From Podospora anserina (lineage: Eukaryota): a stretch of DNA of 64,000 bases. Positions 45,862 through 58,400 of this stretch are shown here, piece after piece. A model generated the notes under the pieces. The model made no database searches. It saw only the letters and a program-made list of their open reading frames with translations, and had not been told where the DNA came from. The stretch covers positions 3,534,001-3,598,000 of the forward strand of contig CM030332.1 in assembly GCA_017654855.1 (NCBI GenBank), in the 5' to 3' direction. The first letter of the stretch is position 1, and every line of letters starts with the position of its first letter. Position numbers and translations under genes: made by a program.

Positions 45862-46681
45862 ATGCCACCAAACCTTCACTCCTTCCTAACAAACTTCTCC
45901 CCCCCTTCGTTCCCCGACCAGACAGGAAAAGAAGTCTTTCTCGTCACCGGCGCCACTTCAGGCATCGGTGTTCTCTGTCACACAACAGCCCTGCTCCCTC
46001 AATGGAAAAATCTGGATGGCAGCTCGCTTCCGAGTCCAAATTCTCAGCTGCCGTCCGATCCATCAAACCCTCCCGCCCCAACTCCCACGGCGAACTCCTA
46101 TGTCCCTGTTTATCTTTCTTGGTTCTTACGGCATGGGGATGTTTGCCGAGCCTCGGGTTGGGGGCACAGATGGGGTGTCTAATGGGTGGTGATTTCACCA
46201 ACACCACCCCCGACCAAAGATGCTCCCGTGTCCAAAACCGGAGCCTGGGCGCAGGCGGTGGAGTCTGACAGGCGGTATGAAGACAAAGGGGTGGTGGGTG
46301 TGGCGGTGAACCCGGGGGAATCCTGAGGAGTGGGTTGTCTGATGACCGGGAGCTCAAGATACGGCCGGCGGCCAAGGTGCTCGGCTGAGAACGGGGGTGT
46401 GACCGAGGTCTGGGCTGGTTTGGCGCCCGAGGTGACGGCGGAAGGAACGGTGGAGAACCGGGGTGAGTGCGATACCTACCTACCTGCCCATCTACTCCTC
46501 ATTGGAAAAGGAAAAGTTGGGTGATGATGATGCTGACTTGACACTAGTTATTCCCTGTGGGGAGATTTACCCCATCAGAGAGGACCTCAAGATGGCCGTT
46601 AGGTCGAGGGAGGAAGGGGGAAACGGGCGGGACGGGGGATTTTGGGGGGTTGGTGTGACGAGCAGGTTGAGCCTTTGGTAG
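45862..46681 (+). pseudogene. Fragmented short-chain dehydrogenase/reductase (retinol-dehydrogenase-like) remnant
   Basis: PDQTGKEVFLVTGATSGIG Rossmann motif. Later VAVNPG, EVWAGLAPEVT and VIPCGEIYPIREDL..REEGGNG..FW fragments lie in different frames with stops. No intact YxxxK region seen. Confidence 0.75.
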
Positions 46682-47175
46682 GGGCGGGATAAGGTCACAC
46701 ACAGACCGGAAAGGTGGTGGTGGTGATAGATTATGATGTGCGTTTCAGTCAGTCGATACTGACATGGGACAATGGTCTCCATCCTCCCTCACGCCATTTC
46801 TATTCACCGCATGAAATCACACTTTCTACCAGCAAGTAAAATAATCGCGGCTGACTTCCTCATTAATTACAACTCTTGCAAAGATCTTCAAAAATATATC
46901 CATCCATCCACCAGGGGTGGAGGCAAGGGTGACAAAAGAAAAGAAGGGGGTATAACCATTCCAATCCCAAAACAAAAGAAATAAATGACCGACGCCAGTC
47001 AGTGATGATGCTAGCTTGCTTCTCCCCTTCCTGAGAAGCCCCAATCTTATACTCCTTCTTTTCCCCCCCAAAAAAAACGCCTTGAATATATGCCCCAATC
47101 CCCTTTCCCAAAGTGATAAAACAAGCAGATAAAACAACACAACAGAAAAGAACACACCCCCTCCCCCCTTATCAA

Positions 47176-48471
47176 CTACCTCCCTAACCCCCCATATCCT
47201 CCCCCATTACCCCCATATTGATACCTATCCCCCTCCCTCCCTCCATACTGCTCCCCACCCCCCCCACTAACATACCCATCCCCCCTCGCAACCCCCCCCA
47301 AATCCGCCCGGTCCAACATCTCCGTAAAAGTAGTCATATCCGTATACCTCCTCCCATCATCCCCCTGTTGCGGCGTCCGATCCGGCGTGATATTCCTCGG
47401 ATCCGCAAAAATATTGATACTAACACCACTCACCTCCCTCCCTTGCTGCTCCGGCGTCCTCGGCGCCAGTCCCCCCTGGTACCCCGGATTCCCATCATCA
47501 CTAACCGGCATATCCGGCATATCCACATACTTCCTCTGCCCGCCCGGTTGCTGGGGTGAATAATCCGCAATCAACCCCCCATAAGCAACACTGCTCATCC
47601 TCCTATTCTGGTTTGGAGGTGAAGCAACAATCTGGTTGTTGTCGTAGGAGAGAACCGAGTTTCGCATGTCCATCGCGTTGTTGTTGAGCATTTGCGGGGT
47701 GGGCAGCCTGGCTCCGAAATCTGTTCTCAACGCCGGTTTATCGTCGTGGAGGATAGGGGCGGAGATGATGTTGCCAAAGGAGGAGGTCGACCGCGAGAGT
47801 TTGAGGGGTGAGCTTGACGACGAAGCCGTCTGGCCAGCCTTTCTCTTGCGGATGAAGATGAAGGCGAGGACGCCGGCGATGATTAATACCACTGCTCCCG
47901 CTGCGGCACCGCCCGCGATTCCGGCGATAGGAGGGCCGGCAGACTGCGGGACTGCCGTCGCGGTCAGCGTCTCTGACGGACTCGCGGTGGTCGATGGTTT
48001 CGACGTGGGGGTGGTAGAAGGTCTCGAAGATGGTGTGCTCGACTGCGAAGGTGCAGCGTTCTGGTTGGTGTTCATGACACACTCGCCATTAACGCACGAG
48101 TACCCAAACGGACAGCAATCAGAGCCGCATTTTGGCAGAGAGCCCCCGAGGGCGGTTGTCTTGATGACAGAGTCCGGGGCCTTGTCGGCGTCTTGAAGCT
48201 CAATGTTGCAGTCGATGGGCCGGAGCTTTTGACATGTTGAACCGTTCGGACAGCAAACGACCGTGGTGTTGCCGGCGAGGACGAGGCACCTGTCGCCTGC
48301 TGGGCAGCAGAAAGAGCTGGGGACGTTGGCGTTGCCGCATCCTGAAAAGTTTGGTGCGCCGCATGCGTCTTCTTGCCTGGCGAATATCTCGTATGTCGTC
48401 GGGATCGCGGACGCGGTCGCCAAGATCATGGCGAGAGCGATGGCTCGGAGGGCTGTTCGTCTCCTGGCCAT
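47176..48471 (-). CDS. Single-pass cell-surface protein: signal peptide, 14-Cys extracellular domain, Ser/Thr stalk, TM helix, disordered cytoplasmic tail
   Basis: Hydrophobic N-terminus; CCP.G..C repeated three times; SSTPSSRPSTTPTS stalk; IAGIAGGAAAGAVVLIIAGVLAFIFI followed by RKRK. Confidence 0.88.
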   Translation of the reverse strand: MARRRTALRAIALAMILATASAIPTTYEIFARQEDACGAPNFSGCGNANVPSSFCCPAGDRCLVLAGNTTVVCCPNGSTCQKLRPIDCNIELQDADKAPDSVIKTTALGGSLPKCGSDCCPFGYSCVNGECVMNTNQNAAPSQSSTPSSRPSTTPTSKPSTTASPSETLTATAVPQSAGPPIAGIAGGAAAGAVVLIIAGVLAFIFIRKRKAGQTASSSSSPLKLSRSTSSFGNIISAPILHDDKPALRTDFGARLPTPQMLNNNAMDMRNSVLSYDNNQIVASPPNQNRRMSSVAYGGLIADYSPQQPGGQRKYVDMPDMPVSDDGNPGYQGGLAPRTPEQQGREVSGVSINIFADPRNITPDRTPQQGDDGRRYTDMTTFTEMLDRADLGGVARGDGYVSGGGGEQYGGREGDRYQYGGNGGGYGGLGR

Positions 48472-50597
48472 CTCGGAGAGGAACCGGTGCTATAATAACC
48501 CTTGATAACGTTTGTCTGGGCAGGCGTTGTGACGCCTGGGTAATGAGCTGTGTCCTATATTAGGTATCCCACGCTGGCAGGCACACGGTGTTCACCGAAA
48601 CAGTGTGTGATGTTGCTATCGCTTCGGTTTGGCCCGAGTAAGAAAGGAAAAAGACATAAGATGAAGTTGTGGAATAGTCGAACCACGCAACAACACTGTA
48701 AGTGATTTGCAGAACCAAACCTGACTGGTAGCTAGTGAGCAGAGGAGAGAGAAAGAGAGAAAAAAAAAGAGGGCCACAGGCCACCTCGAGTGTATATCGA
48801 AGCAGAGATGAGATGACGCATTTCGCCTTCAACTCCATCGAGACAAGACCTCTGGCTATTCTCGCGCAGAAACTAGACGCAGGGTCAGGTTAGCAGGTCG
48901 GGCAGAAGAAGCCGTCCTGTCCTGTCCAACGGACCCTGCTGCGGACCCATCAGGAATATTCTGGGCCATGTCGAGCTGCGGGCGGTTGAGAGGTCGCTGT
49001 TGAAGCGCCGATGACCTCCTGGGGTGACCATATGACCCTGCCAGAAAACGAGTGGTGGTGAGCAACTCTCTTTCACCGTTGGCTCCGTCCCAAACGGGCA
49101 ACTGGGCGTTTGGAGAACAGTCGTGACAGGCCGAGGCCGACCACCTGATTGGACAGCCCAACCAAATTGTGCTATTTTGGGTTACATAAAAATGACTCCT
49201 CCTTACACTTGTTGGCAGCGTGCACGGTCCAGGTACCCGCATCAACCACACAGCCTTGTTTTAACGCCAGGAACAACAACTAAAGAATCTCAAAAAAAAA
49301 AAAAAAAAAAAAAAGGCCTGTCATCGCCAACCTGCATACCCGTCAAGCGCGCTTCCCATGATAAAAGAGGCCTCGTTTTTTTTCTTTCTTCCTCGGCATC
49401 ATACGTGGTCATCGGGGCTTAGAGTCTTGGTTTTGCAAGCTGGGCGGGTATCTAACATCCAGTATCCCAACTCTCGCGGCCGCGCCGCCCTGTCCTGATG
49501 TGATGATGGCAAGTCTGATATCCACCACACCTCACATCAAGCCGAGGTTTACCGCACTTCATATCACAAAGCCCGGTTTCCTCTTGGCAAAAACTGTAGA
49601 TCCGTGATACCCTTTCCTCGGCAGTGTGTGTTATGGAATGGTACCACCCAACGCAGGCCTCAGATCTGGCCGGGGGGGCCGTCTACCGAACCCGGACCCG
49701 AAAAGACGGGAAGCCCACTTTGTTTCGCGCCAGACCCCCGAAACAGTCCTGGCCCGTTGTGGCCTTGACCACATGCAACTCTCAGAAAAACAAACATATA
49801 ATAATCCCCATTGTTCGGCTTCAAAAGTGGCAGGTTCAGTCGGTTGGGATTGGGCTTGAGGTGCGCTTTGTTGATGAGACACGGACGGTTGTGAGATGAG
49901 ATGGTGATATGTAGGCCCCAGCAAAAATATTATATTCAATCTCTAACACAATGAAGAGTGTGATGTGTCAATCATCATGGTTGAAACCCGTTTTGCTTCA
50001 ACACAAAAGTAACTGAATGAAGACACGGACAAACAGTCTCACATCCATCAAAGAGTACATAAGAATATCCAATCTCAATACTTTTCATTCTTCACTTATC
50101 CACTAAACTAATCCCACATCCTCCCAAAAACCCCAATCATATCCAAATATTCATCAATCCATAAAAGAGCGTCGCCAACAGACTATGTCGCCATAGGTTA
50201 TCTGATCAGGCTTTCTTTCAAAGGTCTCTCTCTCAATCTAAAAAGGCAATCAACATGTCAAAGCTAGAGAAAAAGGTGAAGAAGAGACCCAAAGTAGCCT
50301 AAAAGAAGTCCATAAAAATATGCCCCAATTTATGCATAAATGATCATCCAAAATGAAAGTGAAAAAGTACGTATCATAACCCAAAAAAAGCAATAACAGA
50401 CTGGTAAGGTATCATCGTCAATGAAAAAAGTGAAAGGTACATAAAGAAAAGAGGAGTGAAAAGGAAGAAGAAGAGGGTATAAGCGGGGGTATAGATATCA
50501 TGTCGAAATCCAATAAGAAAAAACACAAGAAAAAAAAACAAGAAAAAAAACCAAGAGCGGAGTATTACCAAAGGAAACCAACCCCCCTTTCCAAGCC

Positions 50598-53323
50598 CTA
50601 AATCATATTCCCATTCACCACAACCTCAAACCCCTCCCCCTTCTGCTTCATGGCCTTAGCAAGCATCAACTCCCTCATCCAATCAATCCTCTCATCCCTC
50701 CCCTTGACCGCAAAATGATGCGTCTTCCCCGTCCCATTCACCGCCCCCTCAATCCCCTCCCTCTCCCCCCCAGCACCACTCTCCTTCTTCTTACTGAGCA
50801 CCCCCCCCAGCCCAAGCGCCTTCCTCCCATCCTGCGGCACCAGCTGAAAACTAAAAGCACCCACATCCCCCCTCCTCGCCAACTCATCACTCCCCCGTCG
50901 GATATGCATCGCCTTGAACGCCGCCCCCAGCTTATTCCCGCTCTGCTGCATGCTGCTGCAGGCAATAGCATAGTCATCAATATCGATATACTCCAACGTC
51001 CTATTCTTCTCCTTCTCATCCTTGTGCATCGTCAGCCTTGTCCCCTGAAGTCTAAAGAAATGCTCGTGCCACTCGTGCCTGAGCATCTTTGTTTTTCTCT
51101 TCTTCATGAGACCTTGATAACTGATAGCCTCGCCACCCGTCATGTCAGGGGTGGGTTTATCGCTCACGGGCGACAGTCGGCCGTTGATGTTGACTGTTTT
51201 CACACCGGCGGGGTTGTTGGTTGTTGTAGTAGTAGTAGTAGTTGTTGTTGTTGTTGTAGGGGGGATGGCTTTTTCCAACGTGGGGCGGTCGGTTTGTGTC
51301 CAGGGGTAGTTCACCCTCGGGGGAGCCTGCAACGGACGACGCTGTGAAAAAGAGCGGTTGAGGGCGGAGGGGATGTTGTTGTGGCTGTTGTTGTTGTTGG
51401 AAAGGGGGGAGACGATGCTGTTCTCGTCGAGGGCCGGCATGACGGGGAAGGAGGGCCGGCGGATGGTGTTGCGCGACAGGGACCGCATCGTGGGGTTGCG
51501 GTAGTTCATGTCGGGGGGCACAGACTGCGAAAAGTCACGCGAGGGGGCGGGGAGGGAGGTGATGGTGATGGGTACGTCCATTTCTGAGAAGGGTGTGCCG
51601 AAACGGTACAGGGGAGCGGCGCCGGTGGGGGTGGACTCTGACGAAGAGGGGGAGAGTTCTCGGAAGGAGGGGATGACTTGGGAGATTGGGCGGGCGGAGC
51701 GGGCGCGGGCGGATTGAGGGTCGTAGGTGTTGGGTGTGGTGGTGGATGGGTGGGTTGGGATGGAGAGCTTGGGGAGGCCGCGGAGGCCGGTGTGAGGTTG
51801 GGGAGTGGTGGTGTTGCTGCCGTAGACCGGGGAGTTGCTCACGGGGGAGATCTCAAAGGGTGGTGTTGGGGGGACTTCGCTGCTGGTGGAGTGTTGGTGT
51901 TGGAAGTCGAGGAAGTGACGGACGTTGTCCTGGGCGTCTCTTGTCTCGACATTACGAAGGGCAGCTTCTTGGAGGTACTGCATTGTTGTGAAGGCACCGG
52001 GTCCCATGACATCGGATGAAGCCACCACAGAAGGGACGACATCGGATACCGGGCGGAACTCGTCCTCTTCCGGCGCGACAAGACCCGTGGTAGCGGTGAC
52101 CTTTCCAAGGTCGCCGGCAAGCATGATGACGCCCTTGTCGTTGAGGAACGGGTGGTCCTTCTGGAAGGCCTCCATCAGCCGCTTGTATCTCTTGGCCTTG
52201 GAGCAGTTCTCGCCCTTGGAGCACTGGTGAGGCTTTGGCAGTACCTGCTCAATACCCACGATGGACACCGACTCCAAAGGAGAGATGACATCGTTGATCT
52301 TCAACCTCGGCTTCCGCTTGTCCTTGGTCGCGCCGCTCTCCTTCCTCTTGAGTTCCCTTCTGACCTGCTTGTCCGGCTCATCCTCAATCGGTGTCTCGGG
52401 CATAGGCTCCGGCTTCTGCATGTCCCTCATGCTGTGAATCTCCTCCCAAATCAACGTCCTCACGCCAAAAGATGAAATCCCCAGCTCCTTCAAGTCCTCA
52501 AACTTCAACGTGATCAAAATAGCACCCGTGATATCATTCTCGACAAACTTTTCCGCGGCGGGAAGCTCAACACCGGCATTCAGCATCCTCTGCGCAACCA
52601 TTTCCGGAGACCACATATGCAGCGCCGACGTATCAAGCTCCTCGTCGGTAAACTCAAAAGGGCCGGCCGTGTTGCGCCTCTTTTTTGGCAGAGCGGTGAG
52701 GTGAACATCCTGAAGCTGGTAGTCCATCAGATGTGGCTTCTTGGGCGTCACAGGCGAGAGCGAAAGCGCATGTTGCAACTCGATGGACTGGGCCGAGGAC
52801 ATGGAGCTCCGGAACAGGTGAGGACCTCTCGGGCCTTCTACTGGTTGCTGCTTCACTTCATACGTGTCGAATGCGAAGGGCCGTTGCCGCAGGGACCTTG
52901 GTGTTTGGACCTCGTCGTATGTGGAGAGGGTGGTAAAGCTGTGTTGGCCGGACTGCGTGTTGTTGTTAGCAACTGCCCCTCTGTCCACATCAGGGGTGAT
53001 CAACGCACCGAACCGCCAATGCTGGCACGGGGGGAACATTCGCCATCTTCGATTCCTTCCAGATCCCCGAATTCGCTGTAGACCTCGTCGTCGTCGTCGT
53101 CATCATGATCATCATGTTCGTGGCCCATCTCGGCTTCTGACTCCATGAATTCCGTGTACACAGAGTTTGGCCTGTCATTGAAAGCCGGCGTTGTGAATAC
53201 CGGACCCCTCGCCCTCCCCTTTTCCCTCATTTCCATCTGCGGGTGCTCTCGTGGAGCGAAGCGTACTTGAGCCTATACAATTGTTAGTATTTCACTCACT
53301 ATCCAGCTATTCATGCCTACCAT
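50598..53323 (-). CDS. SAM + PH domain protein (Boi-like, no SH3 seen); ATG-only first coding exon; introns 53273-53320 and 52953-53008
   Basis: SAM: WSPEMVAQRM...FVENDITGAILITLKFEDLKELGISSFGVR. PH: YQGLMKKRKTK...WHEHFFRLQGTRLTMH...HHFAVKGRDERIDWMREL. Exons join via ATG|GTAGGC...TACTAAC...TAG and GTGCGT...GCTAAC...CAG. Confidence 0.88.
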
Positions 53324-53653
53324 TGTGAAATCAGACTCGGTGTAACTGGTGAGATTGGCAGATTAAATTGTTTGCCAAGGTAAGGAGTTAGTGCCGTTGC
53401 CGGCAGTGTTTGCCTTTCAAAAAGACAAGATAGGTTCTTAAGACGGAGCAGTTGGGACGAACTAGACCCTGTTGTTCGCATGCCAACTCGGTCACTGCTT
53501 GAAGCCAAAAGCGGGAGAAGAGGACAAGAGGTGGGACGGTGTGGCGGGCGGCTACAGATATGGGTTATGTACCACGGTCCACGGTATGGCAAGCCGCGAT
53601 GTCGGGGTTACTGCTACTACAGCATATGTGCAAGCGCTCGGATGGGAGGCGAC

Positions 53654-53880
53654 GGTGCGGTGCGGTGCGGTGCGGTGCAGTGTCCAAGGTGGCCGGTCAC
53701 AATGTGATCGGTCGGTGTGGTGTGGTGTGGTGTGATAAGTGTTAAGTGTTGGGGGCCAGAGAATGAAGAGATAGGTAGCATGCCATCTATCCATCCAACC
53801 ATCCAACCATCCATCCATCCATCCATCCTCTGTCCGGCACTCGCAGAGCCACGCATGAAAGCAGCAGCAGCAGCAGCAGC
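53654..53880. repeat. Cluster of short repeats: (TGCGG)n, (TGTGG)n, (CCAT)n, (GCA)n
   Basis: Read directly, upstream of the SAM-PH gene. Confidence 0.8.
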
Positions 53881-54195
53881 AAGACTCGCAGGAACACCCT
53901 TCCACCCTTCCAGGTTTCCCCTAGCACGCACCCATTCCGGGGTATAATTATAGCAGGGCATCGAATCGAACTAGGGACGGCCGAAAGGCGAAGGCTGGTT
54001 GGGCAGATGGCCACATCTCTCTGCAGTCCACTCTGCATGGACTGCAGAGAAGTCACGGATGTGCAGACGGACGGTGAGAGGATGGGTGGTGAGTTGTTGT
54101 CATTGGTGAGAAATTCATGTGGTGCTTGAATGGTACCGAGCAATGCTGTGTTGCCATTGGTCCATCTGCACAAAATCGCTTCGAAATAGACGGCC

Positions 54196-54219
54196 TAAGC
54201 GCCCAGTGACAGGCGCTAA
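54196..54219. promoter_or_regulatory. Candidate PRO1/ADV-1 site pair in inverted orientation
   Basis: TAAGCGCC-N8-GGCGCTAA. The first is an exact reverse complement of GGCGCTTA, the consensus I recall for PRO1-family factors. Confidence 0.35.
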
Positions 54220-55445
54220 GCCCTTCCTGTCAAACATCCATCCCATCCCCCCTCAACACTCCAGACTCTTCCCTGCCCTGGCAACAACTGAACTGGACCT
54301 GGCCCGCCGCTCCCCGACCTCCCTTGTGTTCCTTTTTCTCACCTTGCCTCCGCTCATCAGGCCGAATCTTGCGGGAAAAGGTCTATCAAATCGGCCTCAG
54401 CGCGGCCGGTCATAAGATCCGGCATACATCCGCTGGCATCCCGTATTCCAGATCCCTTCCATGAGGCCTCAGAGGGAACCTGCCGCCGATCATTTCTGGC
54501 CCGACAATAGACAAGGACTGTCTCGGTCTCGAAGGACACACTCTCCGGCGGATGAGAGCCACTCTGTACCCTCTCTCGCATTGCTTTGCCGCGTGGGGTG
54601 GTCAGCATGAGTGCCGTGCAGTGCTCACTCCGTTGCACAGAGACAGCGGCCCCGCACGCTCACCAAGGGCACAGCACAGCACAGCACAGCAGAGCAGCAG
54701 TCGCGGGGTCAACCACCACCGACAACCAGTTTATTCCCTCTCGCTGTGTTCTCATGATAATCCCCATTTCTTACTCCATATCCCTTCTCCATCAAGGCCC
54801 GTCCCGACCGATACACTAGGTAATCTCATCACCCAATTGGGCTCTCACCCTTCACTAAAAGTCAATTGGGCACAAGAGAGAGTCATCTGTGATCGGCAAC
54901 TACCCACGCAGTAGTCCCGGATTGCCCGTTGTAGCTCACACGGTGGAACGGTCCGAGAAAAAAACCTTCTGGCCACTCCCCTACAATCCTGCTGCGCTCA
55001 GCCGTGGGTGGGCAGGCTTGCCTCGTTGGTCAGCTCCTCCTCTCGCTCGGCCTTCACAAAGATACCTCTCTCTGCCTTACCCCTCGCCCCGCCAGTCCTA
55101 CCCAATAAGTGGCGGATAACATGACCCTTTTACTCCAAAGGCACATGAACACCCCAAAAAGACCCCCTGCCGGGCCATTTTCCATGCTTTCGTGACAGGG
55201 CAGCAGGGTGGTTCCTACCCGAGACTGGGCTTCAAGCGTGGATATCCGCATGAACAAGCCCTCTCTTGCGGTGAAGCCCTCCCGGGAGTCCACCTCGGCC
55301 AGTCGTCTTTTTTTGTTTGTTTTTTTGCCCTTGACCACTGTCTGCGTCATCGTACACAGCCATCCTTGCCACGCGGTTCATTCAGCTAGGTTCTGTCTGT
55401 CTACCCGACTGTCAGGGTTCCCCGCGGCCGCCGCCCAGCCAGACA

Positions 55446-55447
<2 letters not shown>

Positions 55448-55479
<32 letters not shown>
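55448..55479. repeat. (GGC)n trinucleotide repeat, about 11 units, intergenic
   Basis: Read directly. Confidence 0.9.
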
Positions 55480-55481
<2 letters not shown>

Positions 55482-58400
55482 AGATATCAAGGCAAAAATC
55501 TTGAATTTCTAACCTTGTAAACACACACACGGCAGGAAATATCATATGATCAAGCATGGGTAGGTATCAAGTATCGGTTCAACCCTCTTCTGAGGGGGTA
55601 ACAATCGATAATTAGCAAGACCTCCACGTCAATCTGCAAACAAGGACTTGATCCGATATCTCTTCTCAACAAACCCATTGTCATTCATTCCCAATCTGGC
55701 AATTTTAGCACTTACACCTAGTGTACCTAGGCTATCTCCTTCCGAATTCGCTAACGCTTCCGATATCTTTTTCCCTCACCAATGTGCGAGATCTCAACAA
55801 GCAGCTAGAGAAAAAAAAAGAAAGAAAAAAAAAAAGACATGAACAGGGTAGCTAAAGTGCTTGCAGCTCGTCTCCTCACAGACCGCAACTCTTCTTATCC
55901 CTGTCACTGAACACAGCACAACTGTAAAAACGAAATAGAGAAAAAATGCAAGCCCTAAAGTGAGTGTAGCTTCCCGAACGTGGTATCATCATACCACTTC
56001 TTCAATGTGTGTAACCCCCGATCCTATCCCCCCCCCCCAACCCCCAAAACCCCGCTTGTTGTCCTACAGCCATATAAGTGGGTGAGAACGATCCAAAGAT
56101 GCGGCGTACTGCAAATGTCGTGATCTCGTGATACGTTTTTGTCGGGTTCCTTACATTGGGATTTTGGATATCTCAGGTACATGATAGCAGGAGGGGGGAA
56201 GTACAGTGCCGTGTAGTACAGCATGTAGATAAAACCTTTCTCGGGCTTGCGTGGTGGAAACACACCGACTCTTTCCCTTCCTTTTTGTGCCGGCGGGTGG
56301 ATGTTTGTCTAACCTGAAGGATGACCATGTGGTAGGTATTCTTCGGTTTAGGAGAATTATCTACCTTGTTCTTCGGGAAACCCGTGGGGGGCGTTCGCAA
56401 GCACACATGATCCAAAGAGTCTCGGGTGTTCGCAAAGTAACAGGCAAACAACCACAATGCCGAGCAACCTCACTACTGCATCCCCGTACCTGCTGCCAGT
56501 AGGTAGCCTACTCCATGCGAACTTTTTAAAGTGCTTACATGCCTATACAGCAAGCAGAACGAAAAAGCTTCCTGCAGGGGGTAGGTAGGTAGGAGAGGTA
56601 AGGTGGTGATACAACGGATGGTGGTTACAAAAACAACCCCCCGCCCGGGTACGGGCATGCTTCTAGATGTTCTGTCTTGGAAGGGAAACAACTCTACCCG
56701 ACCAAACGGCTGAGTTGGGTCAGAAGAGGAAGAAGTAGCACTTTTACCGCTTCATGTTGCTCGCCTTGCGAGACAGAACAACGAAGGTACGGTAGGGATG
56801 TGTTGTCTTGTTACAACAGGGCTAATATCCTCCATTGACCGCCCAAGGTGAACGGGTATCGACAGATCTTGTCTCTTACCTACCGGGCCACCGGCAGAGA
56901 GGGGGTTCATTCATTCGGCGTGTCCACAGTCTGCCATCAATTCTCGCCCTGTTGATGCCCAAGCGGAACTCCCAAGAATGACTCAAAGATAGCGGTGACC
57001 TTTCCTGACGACGACGACTTCATTTTCTTATTTTCCATTCCCAATACCAATACCAGGAGCAGCCCTGTTTTGCCCTGAAACCGATAACCCCTCCTCAAGA
57101 ATGGATCCATCATTCCTCTTGCCCTCGCTTCTCTTTGCCCCTTCCCGTCTGGTTCTGTCTGGGCTCCTCAGGAGGAAAAAATGTCTGCAGATGGTGCCAT
57201 GAGTGGAATATCCTCATCTTGCCAAACCATAGCCAAGTTCATCCCAGCAGCTGTGATAGGCCCTCAACTTGAGGTATCAAATAACAAAAGGAGATATCCC
57301 CCCTTTCGCCATCGCTCACATGACATTTCCACCCTGCGGCCTCTTCTTCGACCCACCACCCTCCTCTACACAAAAGTGGTGAGTGGATTGGTGGTGTTCA
57401 CTCAACATCAGATCCTGAGTCAACCCTCCAAACCAAGCTAACCCCCCCCAACCCGTGATGAAAAATGCCATCTTGACAATCTAACTGGTCGTCAGAATCA
57501 ACAAGTCTCAAAAAACGGTCCAGTCTAGACTAGAGCCCTTCCCAAAAACAGGTGTGGGTTGCACTCATCCACTCTAAAAGAATTTAGACTACTGGGTCTT
57601 GGTGGGTTTACGCAGTCCGATTCGTTCAAGAAGATGCCGAGAAGCTTTTCCATATTCTGAACAAATGGAGTCTCACACCCCATTCATTGATGTGAGACTT
57701 TTTCCTGTTGAAACGAAAATGCGGATAATCGTTTTTTCTCTCTCAAACCCACGTGGGAACTTTTGATTCACTTCGTTGGTGATGAACAATAAAAACCAAA
57801 AAAAAACGCGTATCCGTAAAACAAGCGAGAATTGCGACATTTGAAAAATGACTTGTTCTCTGAGATCGTCGTATCGTTTTCCCCTTGTTGTGTGTGAGAG
57901 TGACACACACCACAAAACCATCACATCTCGGATCACATCGAAATACCTGATACCCCAGGTCTCGGCATCGCGACTAGGTACTAGGGAAAAAAAAAGACAC
58001 ATCGAAAACTTTGCTGGTGGACTAGCTTTGTCGATAAACCAAAAAAAAAAAAAAAAAGTAAAGTCCCCGGTTGTTAGCTCGCTCGGGGACATCTCCGCGC
58101 GCAACCTGATGATCCTCGATCTCCTTGTCTTCCCGGATGGTGCCCGTCACGGAAGCTATCGGTGATGCAGAGTGACGACGTGCATTAATTGATCAGATTT
58201 TCATCTCTCTTGTGTGTGGTGCTTTGTTGCTGACAATTGCGATGTTCTCGTCACCGATGCCGAGAACGCCTACGGGGCCAAGGTCAACAAGTTCCCCGGG
58301 GACAAAGTGGACACTGGGATCCCTAAATGGTCCGAGCAGGCGAGAGAAACAAGGGGACCCCGGACCCGGGCTTGATGATCGGAGGCCGGGTTCAGGTGTG

